The position numbers and the translations under genes were made by a program. Shown here one piece after another: positions 11,363 through 24,377 of a stretch of DNA of 64,000 nt. The notes under the pieces are model-generated. The model searched no databases. It saw nothing but the letters and a program-made list of their open reading frames with translations, and was not told the DNA's origin. This stretch comes from Vermamoeba vermiformis (taxonomy: Eukaryota): the NCBI GenBank assembly GCA_045837725.1, contig JBEWZL010000137.1, positions 62,001-126,000 on the forward strand. The letters are read 5' to 3'. Position 1 is the first letter of the stretch, and every line of letters starts with the position of its first letter.

Positions 11363-14300
11363 TCAAACTGTGTGCTGGACAGAGGTGTCAGCGAGTGACG
11401 CGAGTGACACGCACCACTGCTGCGAGTCCATAAATAGCAACCACGCGCGCCAGTGCGGATCGTGCATCAGAGTGTCTAATTGCCTTATTAGTAAGTGCTT
11501 GCTAATAAAAGTCACTGCTGTCCTTACCGCGATGTCCGAGCACAATTAATCCGCTCCGAGCACGTGTCAGAGCGACATTCAGTCTGCGCCAGTCATTCAA
11601 GAACCCCACGCGGTGCTCGGGATTGCTCCGAACAGCGGAAAAAATGATGATTTCTTTTTCACGGCCCTGGTGAACGATCAGCAATTTGTTTCAGTGAATG
11701 AGATATTCCGCACCTGAAATCCATCGACACTGGCGACATTAAGGCCACCCTCGACGAGTGTTTGACTGTTCTCGCCCTCGTCTGCCAGGGTCACATCGCC
11801 CTCGTCTGCCAGGGTCACATCGCCCTCGCTGTCACGTGCCGCGTTGTTGTTCGACTTGCGCGGAGAAATAACTAATTTGGCACGGAACTGCGTGAAGAAT
11901 TTGTCGCGGGAGATCAAATCGGAGATATGCCGCACTTGCCCGCTGTACGGTGTAATTATTCCGATGTCACTCGTTGACAGCTGTGGCGCGCTATTTTTGG
12001 CGGTGGTGGCAGTGTCGAGCACCATCTCAAATCCCGAGTCATCGTCAAAATAGGTAATGTCCGTGCCAGTCACGTGCTCTGGTTGACGCGCGACAGGTGT
12101 CAGCAGACGGCGGAGAATTGTCATGACATATTTGGCTATGAATTGATCAGTTGAGTGTGACACGTGTCATTTGCTCACCTTCTTCGCGGTTCATGAACGA
12201 CTTTCCCAATCCGACATTGCCAGCCTCTTCCGCGCCCAGTGGCACATCGATGAACACCACCGGATGTTGTTCCGCACCACTGACTGGCCAGGGAAATCCC
12301 GCGGGCAGTGGTCGATCACCGCGCTGCACGGCATTGAAAATTTTCCCTTTATAGAAATACTGCAAAGATTGATGAGTGTCAGTGCCACCGACAGCTGCGA
12401 CATACCATAGAAGGAAAGTGCGCGATATCAGGGTGCATGCGGTACTGATACTGCAGCAGATTGGGCGAGATGAGTGGCACGTGGCTCGGTGTCAGCGGAT
12501 CATCGAGCTGCAGCGGAGATCAGTACAGTGCAGTGCTGGCACAGTGCCACTTACCTGAATCACGTGACTGGTGTGGCCTGCCAGACGTTGAAAGGGTGAG
12601 ATCGTCAGCACAGCGTCATTGCCTTTTATGGAAGTCGGAGGCAGTTGATAGTGATCGCCGAGCAGCACGAGCTGTTTGATGTCACGTGATCGGACCAGCG
12701 GAATTAATAGCGCGGGCTCGGAGCACTGACTGGCCTCGTCCATGAGCACCACGTGGAATTTGACGTCTATTTTTAGCTTCAGTTAAGTGCCTGAATAGCC
12801 ATATTTGGTCACTCTTACCACGTGACAGCAGTTCGTAGTCACCGACCCCAACCACTGTGCCAACAATGACCTCGGCACGTGACAGTATATCTCGCTGTAT
12901 CTCGCGCATAATCTGCCGCAGCTCACGACGTTTTTCCGCGAGTGACTTGTCAACTTCAGCGTTCACTGAATCTGCGGAGATACAATCACGTGAGCACGAG
13001 TCACATTCATGAACAGGACTTACTGTCGCGTTGTTTCACTGAACGGCGCTGTGAGGTCTCCAGCCGCGTGATCTCTTGCGTAATCTCCTCCAATCTCGGA
13101 TATCTCCGATCACGTGTCATTTGCACCTCCAAGGAGACAGCACGCAATTCTTCGCGTATTTTCACTGAACGACCGACCCGCACAGCGCGCACTCCGAGCT
13201 TGAGCAGTCCCTCGAGCAGATTGTCCACTGCCACATTAGTAAATGCTGTCGCGAGCAGGGGCAGCACACTGCTACTATTTTTAGCGCGCGATCGTTGCGC
13301 GAGGAGTGTCATCACCTTCATCAAGTGCACGGCGGTGTAGGTCTTGCCGGTGCCTAAATCGAGCAGTTAGTGGCGTGGTGACAGGTGTCAAACAGCGATC
13401 AGCACGGTACCAGGCGGGCCTTGAATGAGTGACAGGCGTCGATTGATCACGTGACTGATCACACTGCGCTGCGAGTCATTCAGCTGCCACTCCCTCCACT
13501 CTGGAATCACGTGATCAATGTCGCGTGGACTGTTCAGTGAAACAGTGCCCCACAGCCCTGGTTGTTCCGCTGCGAGACGAGTGATCTCGGCGGGAGATTG
13601 CAGGTCCATGAGCAGCGCTTGAAACACAGAACTGTACGGCACGGTGTCTTCGGACCACGTGTTGCGTACTGTCACGTGATTGGTCAGCTTTTGGCCTGTG
13701 AATAGCTGCAAACAAGTCAATATTGCCATATTTAGTAATTCACAGCCAAACATACTTGCAAAGCATACGACATGCGGTCAAAGGTGACAGTACTCGGCCC
13801 ACGATCGATGCGCCATCCACGTGATGTGTTGCTATTATTGGCTGCAGTGTACGGACCAGTCGATTGTTCCGCTGTCACGTGCTCTTCTTCGAGCAGGGTG
13901 CGCAGTGAAGTCACGTGCACACCACCAGAGGTATACTGCACCCAAATATGGCGTATACCTCGCTCGACAACAACACCCTCCCACTGATACTTGTTGCCCT
14001 GGTCAGTGCTATTTTTAGCCGCACTGAGTGGCACGTGACCGGTGCGCGTGACGAGCACTGCATCGCCGTGATTGAAGCGGTGATTGAGCGGGTACGGCGC
14101 ACGTGACTGATACTGAAATTTCACGAGCAGAGTGGGCACGTGATTGAGATCGGTCACGTGCTGATCGGTCAGGGTGTAGCCTTCATGAACGAGACGCGTC
14201 AGGGGCCAGGTCTGGATGCGCTCTCGGACCTGACTCAACTCAGCGGCGCACTCGTCGTTGATGGCACGCTGCCACTTGTCGTAATAGGCCTAATATGATA

Positions 14301-14664
14301 TAATGGACATTAGTGCAAGAACTGTCTGCAACTTTTCTCAGAATTTACGTAGTGGTGCTGGGCTAGATAATACGCCCTTAATATTGCGGTAATAGCGCAG
14401 TAAATAATACTAATAATAAGGCACTAATATTATGAAAGGCAGAGTGCTGTACCTTGCGGCCCTTGGATTCACTGCTGCTGATCACTACTGGCAGAGTTAA
14501 TTCATTGCCCCTGTGTTGCTACATAAATAATACCATATTAATTATGAAATTAAATGACAAAAACAGTGGTGCGATGGATTTACCTGCTGTGGAGGAGCGA
14601 GTGAGTTGATGCGCGGCACTTTGCGATCCCTATTGTTGTGATCATCGGTTGCCTTTCTCTTCAT
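11363..14664 (-). CDS. Upf1/Dna2/IGHMBP2-like superfamily 1 helicase
   Basis: [92 protein letters not shown]. Confidence 0.95.
11772..11828. repeat. Perfect 24-bp tandem repeat (2.4 copies) inside a helicase exon
   Basis: tcgccctcgtctgccagggtcaca x2 plus a partial copy; encodes [18 protein letters not shown]. Confidence 0.9.
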
Positions 14665-14811
14665 AGTGCGCACTTGTGGCTCGTCATTCGCGTTTCAAAA
14701 CAGATCTATGGTTGTCATGACACGTTAATGGCGGGAAACATTACCAATGAAATCTCCGCGCACGTGATCGATGTACAGAGCTATGTAAGGCTATTTACAG
14801 ATGTTTATTGC

Positions 14812-16302
14812 TCAGCGCGGTGTACTACAGGTGATCCAAGGGTGTTGCAGTGCCTGTTCAGCGGTGAGGCGCAGTGCTGGATCGTGCGCGAGGAGGGCGT
14901 GGAGCAGATCGGCGAGCTGTGGACTGAGCGGTGCAGCTGTAGTGCTGGTGGTGCTGGTGCGCGTGGGGGGACAACAATAGCGCTGCGTGGTAACGAGCCA
15001 GTGCAGCTCATCGAGTGTGTCGGCGCTGTAGGGGTAGTGCTGGAACAGGAGCTGACTGCGAGGGGGGATTAGTGCTGGTACGCGAGGGTGGGGGGTGTGT
15101 ATGTATATGTGTATATTGTATATATATGTATGTATGTGTGTATATGTGTGTGGTGTATCGATATTGATGTGTATGTAGTATACTGAACAGAGTACGTACT
15201 GTGCCACGACACCCAAGGCCCACATGTCCGCACTGCGCGCACAGTGAGCACGTGCACTGAGCAGTTCAGGGGCCATGTACAGCGGTGATCTGTCGGCGAG
15301 GGGTGAGTGGAGGGGGGTAATAATAATGGGGGGTATAGAGTACTTACCCTAGTGCCTCGTGGACGTGTGTCACGTGATCGGTCAGGGCCAGACCGAAGTC
15401 AATCAGCGTCACGTGCAGGCTGTGCGGCACGATCAGCACATTCTCCAGCTTGAGATCGCGATGTGCTACACCCCTAATTAGGCAATGGTCAGTGCTTGCT
15501 GATCAGCTGATCGGAATTGACACTTGCCTTGTATGGCAATGGTGCACGGCATCGAGCAGCTGTCGCATGATCAGCCGCACGGAATGTTCCGACAGTTGCG
15601 AGCCGCGAGTCACGTGCTCGTCCAAGTAATTCCGCAGTGTGACAGCACCGCGCGGCGAGGTTAAAAATAGATACGCGTACTCGCTGTCGCGGTGCACGTG
15701 ACACAGCTGCACAATGTTGGCGTGGGGCGGCAGTGTTTGCAGCGCTGTGAGCTCGCGATTGACACCTGTCAAATGCATGTCAGTCAGTCACACCGATGCG
15801 TGGTCAACGCTAGTCAACAGCACGTACAGGTCAGGGCAGCACGTGATTGGTGGCACACTTGTTTGCAGGCATACACCGCGCCGTTCACTGAATCGTGCGC
15901 GCGACGAACCACGCTGCGTAGTGTTAGTATTATAATGGTATTTATATGCCTATAGTATATTGGTGCCGCATATACGATAGTTGATAAAAATAAATAATTA
16001 TAGTAATAAAAATAATTCGGGGCATCTGAAGAAGTAAATGATAATTGTCAGAAACTCCGATGTATAATTATGTACAGCATGCTATGTATGTACTAAATTG
16101 TGCCATCACTCGATAAATTTTCAAGCAACAAATCGAAATTGAATTTCAAGCCAGATCTGAAATAATTAATTATTAATTACCTGAACGAGCCACTGCCCAA
16201 CACGTGCTGCATATCAATGCTATACTCGTGCACGTGCTGGTGTGGGGTGCGCGTGAGGGCAGTGCTCGACACTTTGCGCTCTAGTGCTTTGCCGCAACTC
16301 AT
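14812..16302 (-). CDS. Ser/Thr protein kinase (CAMK/AMPK-like)
   Basis: LGSGSFSVV, YACK, HANIVQL, HRDLKLENVL, IDFGLA, GSPLYMAPE, DMWALGV, RLTAEQALQHPWI. Confidence 0.93.
15095..15152. repeat. Degenerate (TA/TG)n microsatellite in a kinase intron
   Basis: gtgtgtatgtatatgtgtatattgtatatatatgtatgtatgtgtgtatatgtgtgtg. Confidence 0.8.
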
Positions 16303-16596
16303 CTTGACTTGGATGTGAGCAGCGAACTGCGTGTGGAGTGTGGGGCGAGAAATATACAGAGAATAATATATACAAGGTGCAGGTCTAGTTACTGCGTTGT
16401 TCAGAAGTGCGGTCTAGTGTTGTTGCGTGCAATTGAAAAATCAGATCTGCCCAGCACTTGTTTTTGTCTTGCAGTGCACGTGCCGAGCACCATACAAGCT
16501 CCTACCATAATAATATATATATTATTCAACTTTAATAGGCGGGGCACTGATACACGTACACCTGTAATTACAGTCAAGGAATCAATTTCAATTCAG

Positions 16597-17681
16597 ATGG
16601 GCCAATCCTCTCCGTATCCAGGCCAGAACAATGGCTCGAACAGCAATAATAATAGCAATAATATTAAGACTCAGCCGATGAAGAAGGCGAGCACCTATCA
16701 GCAGCTTGAAGCAGATGTAGCTCAAGCCAACAAAATGTAAGCCATTGTCTGAGTGAGACTAGTCCTGATTATGATTGCGTGCACAGTCATGTACCATATG
16801 AATAACGTCCTTATTATATGCAGCTCCTCCAAGTACAAAGACAAAGAAGGCCGCTGCTTGCTCTTCATTCTCAACAATCCAGATGACTCGCCCACCGTGC
16901 AGCGCAAGAACAGAGCGCGGACACAGAACAACAGCAACAACAACAACAATATTAATACCACTCATAGCACTGCTGCCACGAGTGCGAGCAGTACACTCAC
17001 TGGCAACACGCCAATGCCTGAAGGTCTGACGCCACATCCAGACGACGACAAAACATCGCGCGATGAGCCCATATTATGGCGACTACGCACGACCATCTCC
17101 GTAGTGAAGGTACGCACCCGATTACTCGCTGCAGCACTGACTCTGCGCAGCATCCAGTCAAGCTCGGCGAAGAGATGCGCCTGTTGAATTACCGCCAATT
17201 TTATCGGCTCTACTTCCGCATGCGCGAATATGGCTCGATCGATGACGTCAACAAGGACGAGATTCGCAGGTACGTGCAGGTCTAGTGTGACGTGATTGCC
17301 TAATTTGGTCATCCTCAGTTCGGTGACGCTCACGGAGTTCGACGAGAGCGAGTGCGTGATCTGCATGGAGAACAAGGCACAAATCGCCCTCAACTGCAAT
17401 CACGCCTTCTGCGAGAAGTGTTTGCAGCAATGGTGAGCAATTGCCTTATTTGGGCAAGGACTGAACTGACTCGAGTTATTTTATCAATTAGGAAACAACG
17501 CAGTGACACCTGTCCAGTCTGTCGTCAGCTGAACTCTGCGGATGAGGTAATCTTTGCAGCAATTTCTCGACACGAATTGACAGTCTAAATATAGAACGAT
17601 GTGTGGGTGCTGACCGGGGAACCGAGCACTGAGGATTTGGCCAATTACTTCTCAGAATTTTTGGACTCCATTTGTAAATAA
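16597..17681 (+). CDS. RING-finger E3 ligase, RNF141-like
   Basis: MGQ N-terminus (possible myristoylation); LWRLRTTISVVK and LLNYRQFY segments; C3HC4 RING CVICMENKAQIALNCNHAFCEKCLQQW..CPVCR followed by DVWVL. Confidence 0.85.
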
Positions 17682-18321
17682 CTTGTACATAGTACTACTG
17701 TAGTAAATTCCTTCCTGTTGCATACCATTTGCTCCAGACCTCTTCTCAGCAATGGCTGAAGGGAAAACAGAGCCATCTCCAGTGTTCGTGGGACTGTAGA
17801 GAATGCAATTGGAGCACTGAAGAATAAGTTTGGGATCTTCCATGCAACATACGAGTTTTGCCATCAAAGACTCAACATCTTTAGACTGCATTTGAGAAGT
17901 TAGCCAGCTTCAGAGGCAGAGTAGTTGTCAGAGAAGAGATTGATTATGATTCATTGCCTTCTCCTATTCCAACTGATGGTTATAGCAGCTGTCTTAGTCC
18001 ACACAAAGCTCATGAGAGATACTGTCAAAAGAGAGTATTCTTCCCCATTTTGAAAGTACTGCAACCTTTGGATAAGGATTTCAATACTGCTTGCAATAAC
18101 TACCAAGACTATAATGCTACTCTCAACAACATGTCCTTGGATGACCTGACTTTGATGAAGATGAGGAAGGCCAAAGGTACATACCAGATTGCTGAAATGG
18201 AACTCCTCCATCCGTTGATGAAATTCAATTCTGTTTGCTGCAGTAGGTAGAGCATATAGAGGATACCACTATTAGCTTTGCATCCACATCAGCTTCCAGC
18301 CACTGGAGATTGAGAAAGAAT

Positions 18322-18970
18322 GGTGGACGTCCCGTCCGCCAAAAATTTTTCGTCCGTCCGTGGACATTGTGTCCGTCTGGGGTTGCTGCGTCCACTGATG
18401 TTAGTAATTGACCAACTTATACCAAACTCTGCCATTAGCATCAGTGGACCCAAGAAACACTACTATTGGCATCAGGAGGCTGTTGGCTAAACGCCAGAGG
18501 CTGAAAATGGCCAATGTTCTGCAAAGAACTTAAGTACTAGAACTTTGTTCTATTGGCTGCAATACCATTGAAACTTTGGAAACACCTAGACCTATCACTA
18601 TCTAACAAGAAAATATAAGTAATCATCAAAGATATTGTAGTGGCAGCAATTTGTAAATTTTCAGCATTAAGTATGAACCCACCCACCAGCACATGTTTGG
18701 TACAACACAGCTATATGTATTTTATGCAACCCTGAACTTTGGCTACAATGCATTTTCACCTAGCTAGGAAAATTTTTTTGAATCATCTATACTTTTTTAT
18801 GTTGTAACTTTGTCCAGTATGGTGGCAAACCTTGTTATAATGAAGGGATATGCTTAATCATATACATTTCATATAGAAATCTTGTTAAAATCTTCATACT
18901 ATATGATGTATGGTCGGCGGACACGCGGTCTGTGGCGGACGTCCAATTTTTGCCGGACAGGACGTCCGCC
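18322..18970. mobile_element. MITE-like unit bounded by 26-bp imperfect inverted repeats
   Basis: ggtggacgtcccgtccgccaaaaatt (18322-18347) vs the reverse complement of 18945-18970 (ggcggacgtcctgtccggcaaaaatt), 23/26 identical; AAT on both flanks. Confidence 0.5.
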
Positions 18971-19648
18971 AATTATTATTACCATACATTGGAAAGTTGG
19001 ATATTTCTGCTAAGGAATGTAGAGGTGGCATCTTTATCAAGTAATAACCTGTATTATCAACTAGGTATGTTTGCAGCACAAAGAACAGTTTTACATCCAA
19101 AAATCGTGTGCTATTTGAGCTATCCTCCTACAGATATATAGTTCTGCATAGAACTGTACCAGAAACGGAATATTGTAAGTGAGAAGATTCTCATAACAAA
19201 GTGCACATGTGTATTCTTTCTATTGAACTCTGACATGCCCACTACGTTGCAAACGATTTCATATGTCATGGCAAGCTGTTACTATCAAAATCTCTGTTAC
19301 TTGAGACATTTGGAGCTTGATTTCAAAAACTGAGGAACTTTCCTCAGCTCAATCCCTAGCACTTGGCCAGCAAGGAAACCATCAAATCATCCAAAATATT
19401 GACATCCACAACAATTAGGCGCTATTAGCCTTTTATTCCATGAGAAACTAGTGACGGCGGACGCCCTGTCCAAGTCTGGACACCCTGTCCAAATCTGGAC
19501 GTCCTGTCCGCCAAAAAATTTTTGTCCGTCTGTGGACATTGTGTCCATCCGGGGTTGCTGCATCTGCTGATGTTAGTAATTGCCAATTTATACCAAATTT
19601 TGCCATTAGCGCCAGCGGACCCAAGAAGGACTACTATTGGCATCAGGA
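18325..19648 (+). repeat. ~153-bp dispersed direct repeat (18325-18477 and 19497-19648); second copy preceded by 19-bp tandem units (19459-19496)
   Basis: Manual alignment: about 17 substitutions and one indel. Confidence 0.92.
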
Positions 19649-20259
19649 CAAAGAACTTCTTGTTGTGTTGACCATAATGCACTGAGTAACCATTATTCCT
19701 GCAACCTACAGCTGAAAAAGCAACAAGATCATGCAACTAGTGAATAAAAATAATTTCTACCTTGGGATTTGAACCTGGGGGCTTCTGCATGGTTGCCAAC
19801 CCAAGTTTCCACTACCTGCCTCCGGAGCCAAAACATTCTGGATAGCTGAGCAGCCTGGACTGGCCATCCTCCAACATCCCTACCAGCCATTCATCAACTT
19901 CACTGAAGATCTTTGTAGAACAGTTACTCTGAAACGAACAATCCTTTTATCGGCTAAATTCCGTGGGACTTCTGCCCATGAGAACCTAGTGTCCCCCCAT
20001 GGCCACTCCGTTTGACGCACTGTCAAAATTGGACTGGTCAGTTCTATGGGATTTAGTAAACCTTCTGCAGGCTGTTGTGAGTATTTTTCAAGTGGCCTGC
20101 CCAACCTGCCAGAAAAAAAGATGCGTAAGAGTTGGAGTTACATATTAAACCAGTTCTCTATCACAACATGGTATATTTTGCTTCTATTTTATTTACATTC
20201 GCTCAAGCACATTGCAAAATTGGAGACTATACATAGGGGAAATTTTACAGTAATCCTTT

Positions 20260-22618
20260 CTAGAAAGGATGTTCACGCTTGTCAGTCGTGTCCGTGTAGA
20301 TCACATTGGGCTGCACGTGAGGCAAAGGACGCTGCACAAAGAGCGGGTGCGACAAGAATTGCTGCGTGGGTCCTGCGCTCTGTGGCTGCAGGGGCGAGGG
20401 CGGGGGCGGCACTTGCGCAGACATGACAAAGGTGGGTCCGTTGAAGTTGTACACCATTGACTGCGCGTTGTGTGGTGCGTAGTAGGGCTGTGGATACTGC
20501 GCGCTGTTGTTGTACTGTGGGGCAGCGGAATAATTATTGTGTGCGGCAGTGGTGTTCGTCACGTGATTGGGCTGCTGTGGCGCAGTCACGTGCTGTTGTT
20601 GCGCACTGCTGGTCTGCGCAGAGATCCACGTGGTCTCGCTGGGTGCGTGCGTGAGTTTGAATCGGCCCACAATCCACAGTGCACTGCGCTCGCTGGTCAC
20701 GTGACTGTCAGCGCGCAACGGAATGGGCTGACTGAGCTGCATGCGCATCACAAAGTTGGGCGGGCTATTATTAGCACTCTCTTCTAGCTTGCGGAAATCA
20801 TACACTATTAATAGCACCTAATTAGCACCACTCACGTCACGAATCGACGGAATAACTTACCCGTAATAATTCCGCCCTCCGCGCAGCACTGCGAGGCCTG
20901 AGTGCCACCAATGACAACCGTATACGTGCCAGTGAAATCTCCGCCAGTCACGTGATCGACTCGTACGGGCAGAGCACGTGCTTGTCGGTGTTTGCCGAGC
21001 GGAAGAAATTGATCCGCGATCAGAGTGTCGTGCTTGTACAGCACCATGAAGAAGTCTTTGCACTTCTGCTGAATCACGTGATCTTTGCGGCACACCAGCA
21101 CCACCACCAACTGCGCACCTAATCGGGCCTCAGTGCTCACACGTCGCTTGCCAAATATGGTCATTTTCAATTTCAGTCGTTGCAGCCACGAGGGAGTGTT
21201 GTGGTCCTCGCCAGTCACGTGACTGTTGACCAATCGCGACAGTCGTTCGAGATCTGCGCGCAAATTAGGCAATAACGCGAGATTGTGATCGAGATTGCCG
21301 AGCACGTGCCTCAATCGCGCGAGATTTCCCTTGAGTTGCGCGCTGTCCAGTCCGACTCTGATCACGTGACTCTTGAGTGCCTCGACGAGCAGGGCAATGA
21401 GTGGTGCGGGACTGATCGACCACACTCCGCGCTCATCGCGTCGACTCGCTTCCGGCACCACTTGCGCCACCTGTTGCGCGATCAGTCCGCACACCGCTCT
21501 GCCCCCACTGTACTGTGCATGCGCGTGCGGTGCCAGGCCCAGCGCTTCAGGCTTCCACTCGAAGCTCTTGCCCTCGAGCTGCAGCACTTGTTCCAGGGCC
21601 TCGCTCAGCTCTTCGAACGAGGTCTTGAGCGTCAGATCGCTGAACTGCACAAAACCACGTGCTTTCATCACACCGAGCACATCGATCGAGCCAGGAATCA
21701 CGTGCTCAGCTGCCACCACGTGCTCCTCTTCATGAACGGCGTCGATGCTCATCTTGCGCGCACGACTGCTCTGCACGGGACTGGGCACTGGTGCGGGCTG
21801 AGTGCCGCGCGGACTCTCCTCGCTGCCGTCCTTCTTCCTGCGCACGTGGTTATTACCCAAATAAGGCAAGTGAGTCTAAATATGGTCGAGGGCACTTACT
21901 TCTTCTGCTTGCCCGAGTTGTGCGTGCCGAACAGCACTGAGCGCAGAGTGAGGGGTCCAGTCTCAGCTCTAGCGACAGCAATCTCAAAGCAGAGCGTCTT
22001 GCTCAGTTGAAACAGCTTGATCTCGTACTCCAGCTGCGTACTGCCGCCGATCTTCACTTGTTCGCTCTCGACCACAAACAAGGGCTCGCCATTGCTGTCA
22101 ATAGTCTGCGAGGTCATTTGATAGGTCTTGTCGTTCAACTCTTCAGGTTGACCCACATCTAAGAGGTTAATCTGGACTTGTGAGCTTTCGAGGGGCGTAG
22201 ACGACTTAATCACTAATTTCAACTTTTTGCCAACCCCCTTTGTCACTCGTATCAATTCGTTGTGTTCAATGAGCTTCCAAGTGCCCTTGCCGCCGCGTTG
22301 TTTGTGAAACAAGCTGATTTGAACTGGATTATGGTTTCTGCGCAAAACAGCAATTAAAAAAGTCACAATAAATACACAAATAAATACAAAGGAAAATTTT
22401 AACGCAAAATTCACTTACAATGCGGCAGTACTCGTCGTTTTAATGTCAAAACTTGGATTCCAGTTAGCATTGGTATTATCTTCAACAGGCAGCTCGCCTT
22501 CTAAGAACAGATCGTCTAATATATCGTCGTCATCTGAATTCACACCAAATTGCGATTGGTTCACTGCGTAGCTGTGAGATGGCTTGAAATACTGCGGAGG
22601 CAGATGTTCTTGCATCAT
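20260..22618 (-). CDS. Peptidase S74 / intramolecular chaperone autoprocessing (ICA) domain protein, candidate transcription factor
   Basis: GSIDVLGVMKARGFVQFSDLTLK...LEQVLQLEGKSFEWK...GLIAQQVAQVVPEA...LIALLVEALKS followed by a coiled coil; upstream beta-rich basic domain ending FGTHNSGKQKK; Q/P/N-rich C-terminus. Confidence 0.85.
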
Positions 22619-22949
22619 TTCCTGCGCGTGAGAATAGGTGTGGTCTGGGTGTGGGCAACTCTTAAATAGCGTGCACTACAATACGCATGATATGACGCGT
22701 GTTGCCTAACCAGCAGCTGTGAATGAATTCAACAGACACACTGTTCCCTATTTAGCTCCATCAGCCCCGAAAATGAAATGAATTGGGAATGGATCCGCTC
22801 ACAGCTGTTCGGTGTGGTGGGAAGGGAGGGGGACACGAAAGAACAGCAATTCAAAACTCATTTGGGGGTGTTATTTACATAAATGGTACAGGTTACAATG
22901 TGATGTTCGCTGCACATCTAGCCAGCAGCGGTGGACACGAGGGCGGTGC

Positions 22950-24377
22950 TCAATCGTCGTTCTTGTAGAACACATCGCGCGTCTCCTCCTTGCACGAGGC
23001 CTTGTCCTTGTCGAGCACAAACGAGTACTTGTAGTAGGTGCCACTGGCCCCCAACACAATCACCGAGTTGTTCTGCCCAAACGCGCACACCGACTGACTC
23101 TCCGGCACACTGAACTGCGTGAACGACCACTCGCTGCCCACGATCGGCAACAGACTCTTCATGAACGAGAAGCTGCTCTTCTGATTGTTGAGACTGTTCG
23201 GGTCACTCTGATCCAGTGCGGGCAGTGAATAGAGGTGCACCGTGCCCTTGTCACTCGTCACGGCCAGCAGCGAGCCGTCGTGATTGAAGGCCAAGCTCTG
23301 AATCGAGGCCTGTTGAGCTCCGCGACGCAGCTCTTTCAACATCTTGCCGCTCTGCACGTCAAAGATGCGCACCAGTGTGCCGCGATCAGAACAGGTGGCG
23401 AGTCTGCCGCCCTTCATGTCGAGGGCGAGCAAGTGGATCGGATTGTTGTGCGCGGTCAGCGTGTACGTGTGGCTCTTGGGCTGGGCGCTGCTGATGTCTT
23501 TCACCACATCCACGCGCACTTCACCAGGTCGCATGCCCGGCACTGCCATGACAAAGCTGTCGCTGCTGGGACTGAGCGCGCAGAGACCTTTGGGATTGGG
23601 ATAGGTGTCGATCTGATCCAGCAGCTTCAGATCTGCAAAGTTGTACACGTACACCTTGTTCTCCAGCACCACTACTATGCTGCATGTATATAACGGTCCT
23701 ATTAGTGTCATCGCGCAGCTATCACTAGACAGCACTGAGTACTTACCGATCACGACGCAATCTGACACCTCGCACGTCACTGCGAAATTCGAGCTCAGCA
23801 ATGCACTGCAATGAGACATGAGTATATAGCTCAGCGGTAATTAATTAAATTATAGTGTAAGGCAAAGTTGTACATGCAAAATTTGCTGCAGCGATCGGAG
23901 GTGCAGAAAATTAAAAAATAATTTGAGTTTATGCCTAATGATAACACGTACCTTAATTTGAAAATCGTCCCAAATCATCACTTTATTTTTGAGGAATTTC
24001 GGGTGACTGCCACCGCCCACAAGTGCCAAGATGTTGCAACGAAATAGCATCTCCACTATTCCAATTCCTCCATCTCCAAATTCTATAGTATATCAATTAT
24101 TAATTAGCGTGGTGTTAATTACGCAAGTGTTAGTCTTATAAATGCATTAATAGCATAATTACACGAATAATACGCAATAAGAATTAGAATAAAAATAAAC
24201 CCTTGACAAAACAAATACGAGTCTCTATGATTATGAATAATTACCTCTGCGAAATCGTTCTTTAAGAGGTTCTGAATCGCATATAAAAAAGCCTTTGTCT
24301 GTTCCGCAAGCAAAGCAGCCGTAATCCTGATTGAACGAGACGTAGAGTAAACCACTCTTCTTATTTGATACCTCCAT
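22950..24377 (-). CDS. WDR45B: PROPPIN, WIPI3/WDR45B (Atg18 family)
   Basis: [64 protein letters not shown]. Confidence 0.93.

Larger units (their letters stand above)
17700..20170. mobile_element. Degenerate transposon-like / repeat island between convergent genes
   Basis: No spliced host-type gene; CpG-poor; lacks the CACGTG signature; contains direct, inverted and tandem GGAC/GTCC repeats. Confidence 0.6.

Noticed and set aside
19459-19648. GGAC/GTCC repeats as a CRISPR-like array
   Set aside because: No regular repeat-spacer structure, no cas genes, eukaryotic context.
17652-20104. Short ORFs in the repeat island as transposase or viral genes
   Set aside because: All are about 100 aa or shorter with no recognisable DDE, RT or viral motifs.
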